Source: Alphaproteobacteria bacterium
GTDB taxonomy: Bacteria > Pseudomonadota > Alphaproteobacteria > UBA828
Direction of reading: 5' to 3'
Assembly: GCA_965221125.1 (NCBI GenBank)
Contig: CBDCRW010000005.1
Coordinates: forward strand, 416,001 to 480,000
DNA length: 64,000 nucleotides
In this document: piece after piece, positions 61,739 through 64,000 of the stretch
How the letters are laid out: each line of letters begins with the position of its first letter
Position numbering within the stretch: position 1 is the first letter of the stretch
The notes under the pieces: model-generated
What the model was told of the DNA's origin: nothing
The model's database searches: none
What the model saw: the letters and a program-made list of their open reading frames with translations, nothing else
Translations under genes and position numbers: made by a program

Positions 61739-62515
61739 TCACTCGGCGGCCTTGGCCTCCCGCGCATCGAGGGCAGCCCTGACCGCCGCCATCTGACCCT
61801 CGATGTCGACCTCGGCCTGCGAGACCACCTCCAGACCGCGATCCTCCAGCGTATCCTTGCCCCCGTTCCGAGGGGTCCAGCTCTCGATCACCTGATCCCG
61901 CGCCTTGAGCAGCAGGATGATCTGCGGCCAGAACAGCCGCACCATGGCGCCGACCCAGCGGTTGGTCGGCCAGGAGGGGCGCGCGTGGTCGATGCCGAAG
62001 AGGCCGATCACCTTGGCGACGTCGTCGGCGCGATACCAGGTCTCGCCGGTGACCCAGCGGTTGGTGGTGAACAGCCTGAGCGGCTGACCCTTCGAGCCCA
62101 TCGAGATGGCGATGATGTGGGTGAGCGCGTCGTCGCCCTTAGGCCACTTGTCGCGGCTCTTGCGGCGCGCGGGCTTCATCCCACGCGGCAGCCCCTTGGC
62201 GCGCACGAAGGTATGAAAGTGCCCGTGCTCCGAATCCCTGAAGCCGCCGGGATGGGCGTGATAGAAGTACTGGGAGCTGCTCTGGCCGTCGAAGACGTCG
62301 CCCTTCGGGTAGTGATCCCACTCGTAGAAGGTCTCGTGCCCGCGCAGCAACTCGCTCACCACGTTGTCGCCGGTCCGGCCGAGCACCCGCTCGACCTCAA
62401 GCACCTCCTCGCCGGCGGCGAGCATCATGCGCAGCCGCTTCGCCGGCTGCGTCGCCATGTCGAGGTGGCGGGTCTCCTCCTGCCGCTCGTTCTTCTTCGC
62501 CGTGGCCTGGGCCAT
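61739..62515 (-). CDS. His-rich protein of unknown function (resembles DUF6969 from memory)
   Basis: Start MAQATAKK at 62515; motifs YEWDHYP, QYFYHAH, EHGHFHTF, LTHIIAISM, RLFTTNRWVTGETW; no signal peptide. Confidence 0.75.
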   Translation of the reverse strand: MAQATAKKNERQEETRHLDMATQPAKRLRMMLAAGEEVLEVERVLGRTGDNVVSELLRGHETFYEWDHYPKGDVFDGQSSSQYFYHAHPGGFRDSEHGHFHTFVRAKGLPRGMKPARRKSRDKWPKGDDALTHIIAISMGSKGQPLRLFTTNRWVTGETWYRADDVAKVIGLFGIDHARPSWPTNRWVGAMVRLFWPQIILLLKARDQVIESWTPRNGGKDTLEDRGLEVVSQAEVDIEGQMAAVRAALDAREAKAAE

Positions 62516-62616
62516 GCTGCCGCCCTTACGCTCGTTCGCCGGCCATGCCGCTGGTGAAGGATAGTGCCGCGGCCCGGCTCTTGCCAGACCGCCAGCCGTT
62601 CGCGCTCCTCCGCCGG

Positions 62617-63492
62617 CTACTCCCCTTCGCCCGGATCGACGACGAGGCGGAAGCCCACGAGGATGTGCTTGATGTCTGCCGGCCGGCCGTGGCGCGCGGC
62701 AGGGCGGCAAACGCCGCAGCCGCTGTCGTCCCACGAGCCGCCCTTGACGAGGAAGCGCCCCGGATTGCCCGGCGAGGCGGTCCACTCGAAGACCTGGCCC
62801 GCCGCGTCGAGCATGCCGTAAGGGCTCGCGCCGGCGGGGAAACTGCCTACCGGCAGCGTATCGAAGGGCCCGGCGTCGTGGCTGTTGAGCAGCGCCGCGT
62901 CGTACGTGTCGCCCCAGGGGAAGATGAGGCCGTCCGACCCCCGCGCGGCCTTCTCCCATTCGAGCGCGGTGGGGAGCCGCCAGGCGCGCCCGGTCTCGGC
63001 CGAGAGCCAGGCGGCAAAGGCATTGGCGTCGTCGTGGGAGACCATCACCACCGGATGGTCGTCGCGCCCGGCGGGCGGCTTTCCATCCACCCACGCGTGG
63101 CGGCGGGTGCGCTCGTAGGGGTGGATCAGCCGGTAGCCGCGCCAGGTCTCGGGGTCGACGTCGGGCACGCGATGGCCGGTGGCGTTCACGAACGCCTGGT
63201 ACTGGGCGTTGGTGATCAGCGAGCGCGTGATGAAGAAGCGCTCCAGCGACTTCGGCCCGCGCGGGCGCTCGCGGTCGTACCAGCCGCGCTCGCGCGTGAC
63301 GGAGTGGCCGTAGGCGGCCTCGTCGAGCCGGTAGCCGTACTCCCGCTCGGCCGCGTCGGAGCCCGCGATGAAGGGGCCGGCGGGAACCTCGACCACATCC
63401 GGTGGTGCTACGCTGCCGGCGTGAGCCGCGCCCGCGAGGGCCGCGCCGGAAAGCGCGAAACAGAGTGCGAGCAAGGCGCGGGCGAGGATCAT
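62617..63492 (-). CDS. Exported formylglycine-generating-enzyme (SUMF1/EgtB/PvdO) fold protein
   Basis: Signal peptide ending AHA; [70 protein letters not shown]. Confidence 0.9.
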   Translation of the reverse strand: MILARALLALCFALSGAALAGAAHAGSVAPPDVVEVPAGPFIAGSDAAEREYGYRLDEAAYGHSVTRERGWYDRERPRGPKSLERFFITRSLITNAQYQAFVNATGHRVPDVDPETWRGYRLIHPYERTRRHAWVDGKPPAGRDDHPVVMVSHDDANAFAAWLSAETGRAWRLPTALEWEKAARGSDGLIFPWGDTYDAALLNSHDAGPFDTLPVGSFPAGASPYGMLDAAGQVFEWTASPGNPGRFLVKGGSWDDSGCGVCRPAARHGRPADIKHILVGFRLVVDPGEGE

Positions 63493-63616
63493 CCCTGGAA
63501 TCTATTCACGAGCCGCCCGGCGGGGGAATCACAAAAATTTGAGCGGAAGGCATTTGCCCGGCACCATGCGCTCGCCGACAATTCGCAACGAAAACGGTCA
63601 TCAAGGGAGGCCCGAC

Positions 63617-64000
63617 ATGCCACGCTCGAAACCCCTGCTTGCCGGAACGGTGGTCCCCGTGGTCATCGGGCTCGCGGTCGCCACCGGCGGCCACGCCACG
63701 GCCGACTCATCGTCCGGCGAGAGCCCGGCCGCGACCCCGCAGCAACAGGATCCGGGCGTGTTGCTCTTCGCCTCGTGCAACCCGTGCGGGCCGTGCAATC
63801 CCTGCGACCTGTGTGCGGCGGCATGCGGGCCTTGCAGTCCATGCAACCCCTGTGCCGGCGCATGCGGCGCCTGTGGACCGTGCAACCCCTGCAATCCCTG
63901 TGCTGCCGGATGCGGTCCCTGCGGGCCGTGCAACCCGTGCGCGGCCGGTGCTGCGGCCGCCTCCGACTGCGTCGTTCCGCGCCTCGCCGCAGCGTGCAAT
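63617..64000 (+). CDS. Exported protein with long CxP (CNP/CGP/CSP) Cys repeats, 5' part only; missing from the ORF track
   Basis: RBS AAGGGAGG then ATG at 63617; reads [29 protein letters not shown]...[76 protein letters not shown]; open to the window end. Confidence 0.85.
   Translation, partial: MPRSKPLLAGTVVPVVIGLAVATGGHATADSSSGESPAATPQQQDPGVLLFASCNPCGPCNPCDLCAAACGPCSPCNPCAGACGACGPCNPCNPCAAGCGPCGPCNPCAAGAAAASDCVVPRLAAACN

Noticed and set aside
63493-63616. ECF-sigma-like promoter (TGATTC-N15-CGTG, minus strand) before the FGE-like gene
   Set aside because: Only a loose resemblance to ECF consensus sequences and no ECF sigma gene in the window; unsupported without comparative data.
63601-63999. 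Minus-strand ORF with HGLHGPQG repeats
   Set aside because: It is the antisense reading of the plus-strand Cys-repeat gene, which has the RBS, the signal peptide and a paralogous repeat at 61397.

Overview
Very GC-rich chromosomal window from an alphaproteobacterium, with Rhodospirillales-like gene order. It is mostly housekeeping: the end of a sugar ABC operon; metW-metX; chorismate mutase-hisC-tyrC; dapB; xseA; rpsF-rpsR-rplI-cfa-dnaB; mlaEF-radA-cvpA-purF; mtnA; purH; clpB; prmC-prfA-hisS-rodZ; lysC; ubiG; comF; tsaC; cysQ. Mobile and repeat content: one apparently intact IS5-family element inserted in a hairpin loop, and two families of dispersed palindromic MITE-like repeats. Family A has 7 long copies plus 3 relics, all in the same orientation, with compensatory base changes and a bias for stop codons. 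Family B has 2 copies, one of which splits the 5' end of mlaF and supplies a new ATG. Several genes usually found in these neighbourhoods (ispG, ptsP, grxC, alr, gloB) are absent from their slots. The best candidate for an undescribed system is at 61.4-64 kb. Two exported Cys-rich proteins built from CNPC/CGPC repeats flank an exported formylglycine-generating-enzyme-fold protein with a CxxC motif and a His-rich protein of unknown function. This suggests a periplasmic Cys-peptide modification or metal-handling system, cut off by the window end. All calls come from reading motifs by eye; no database searches were run.
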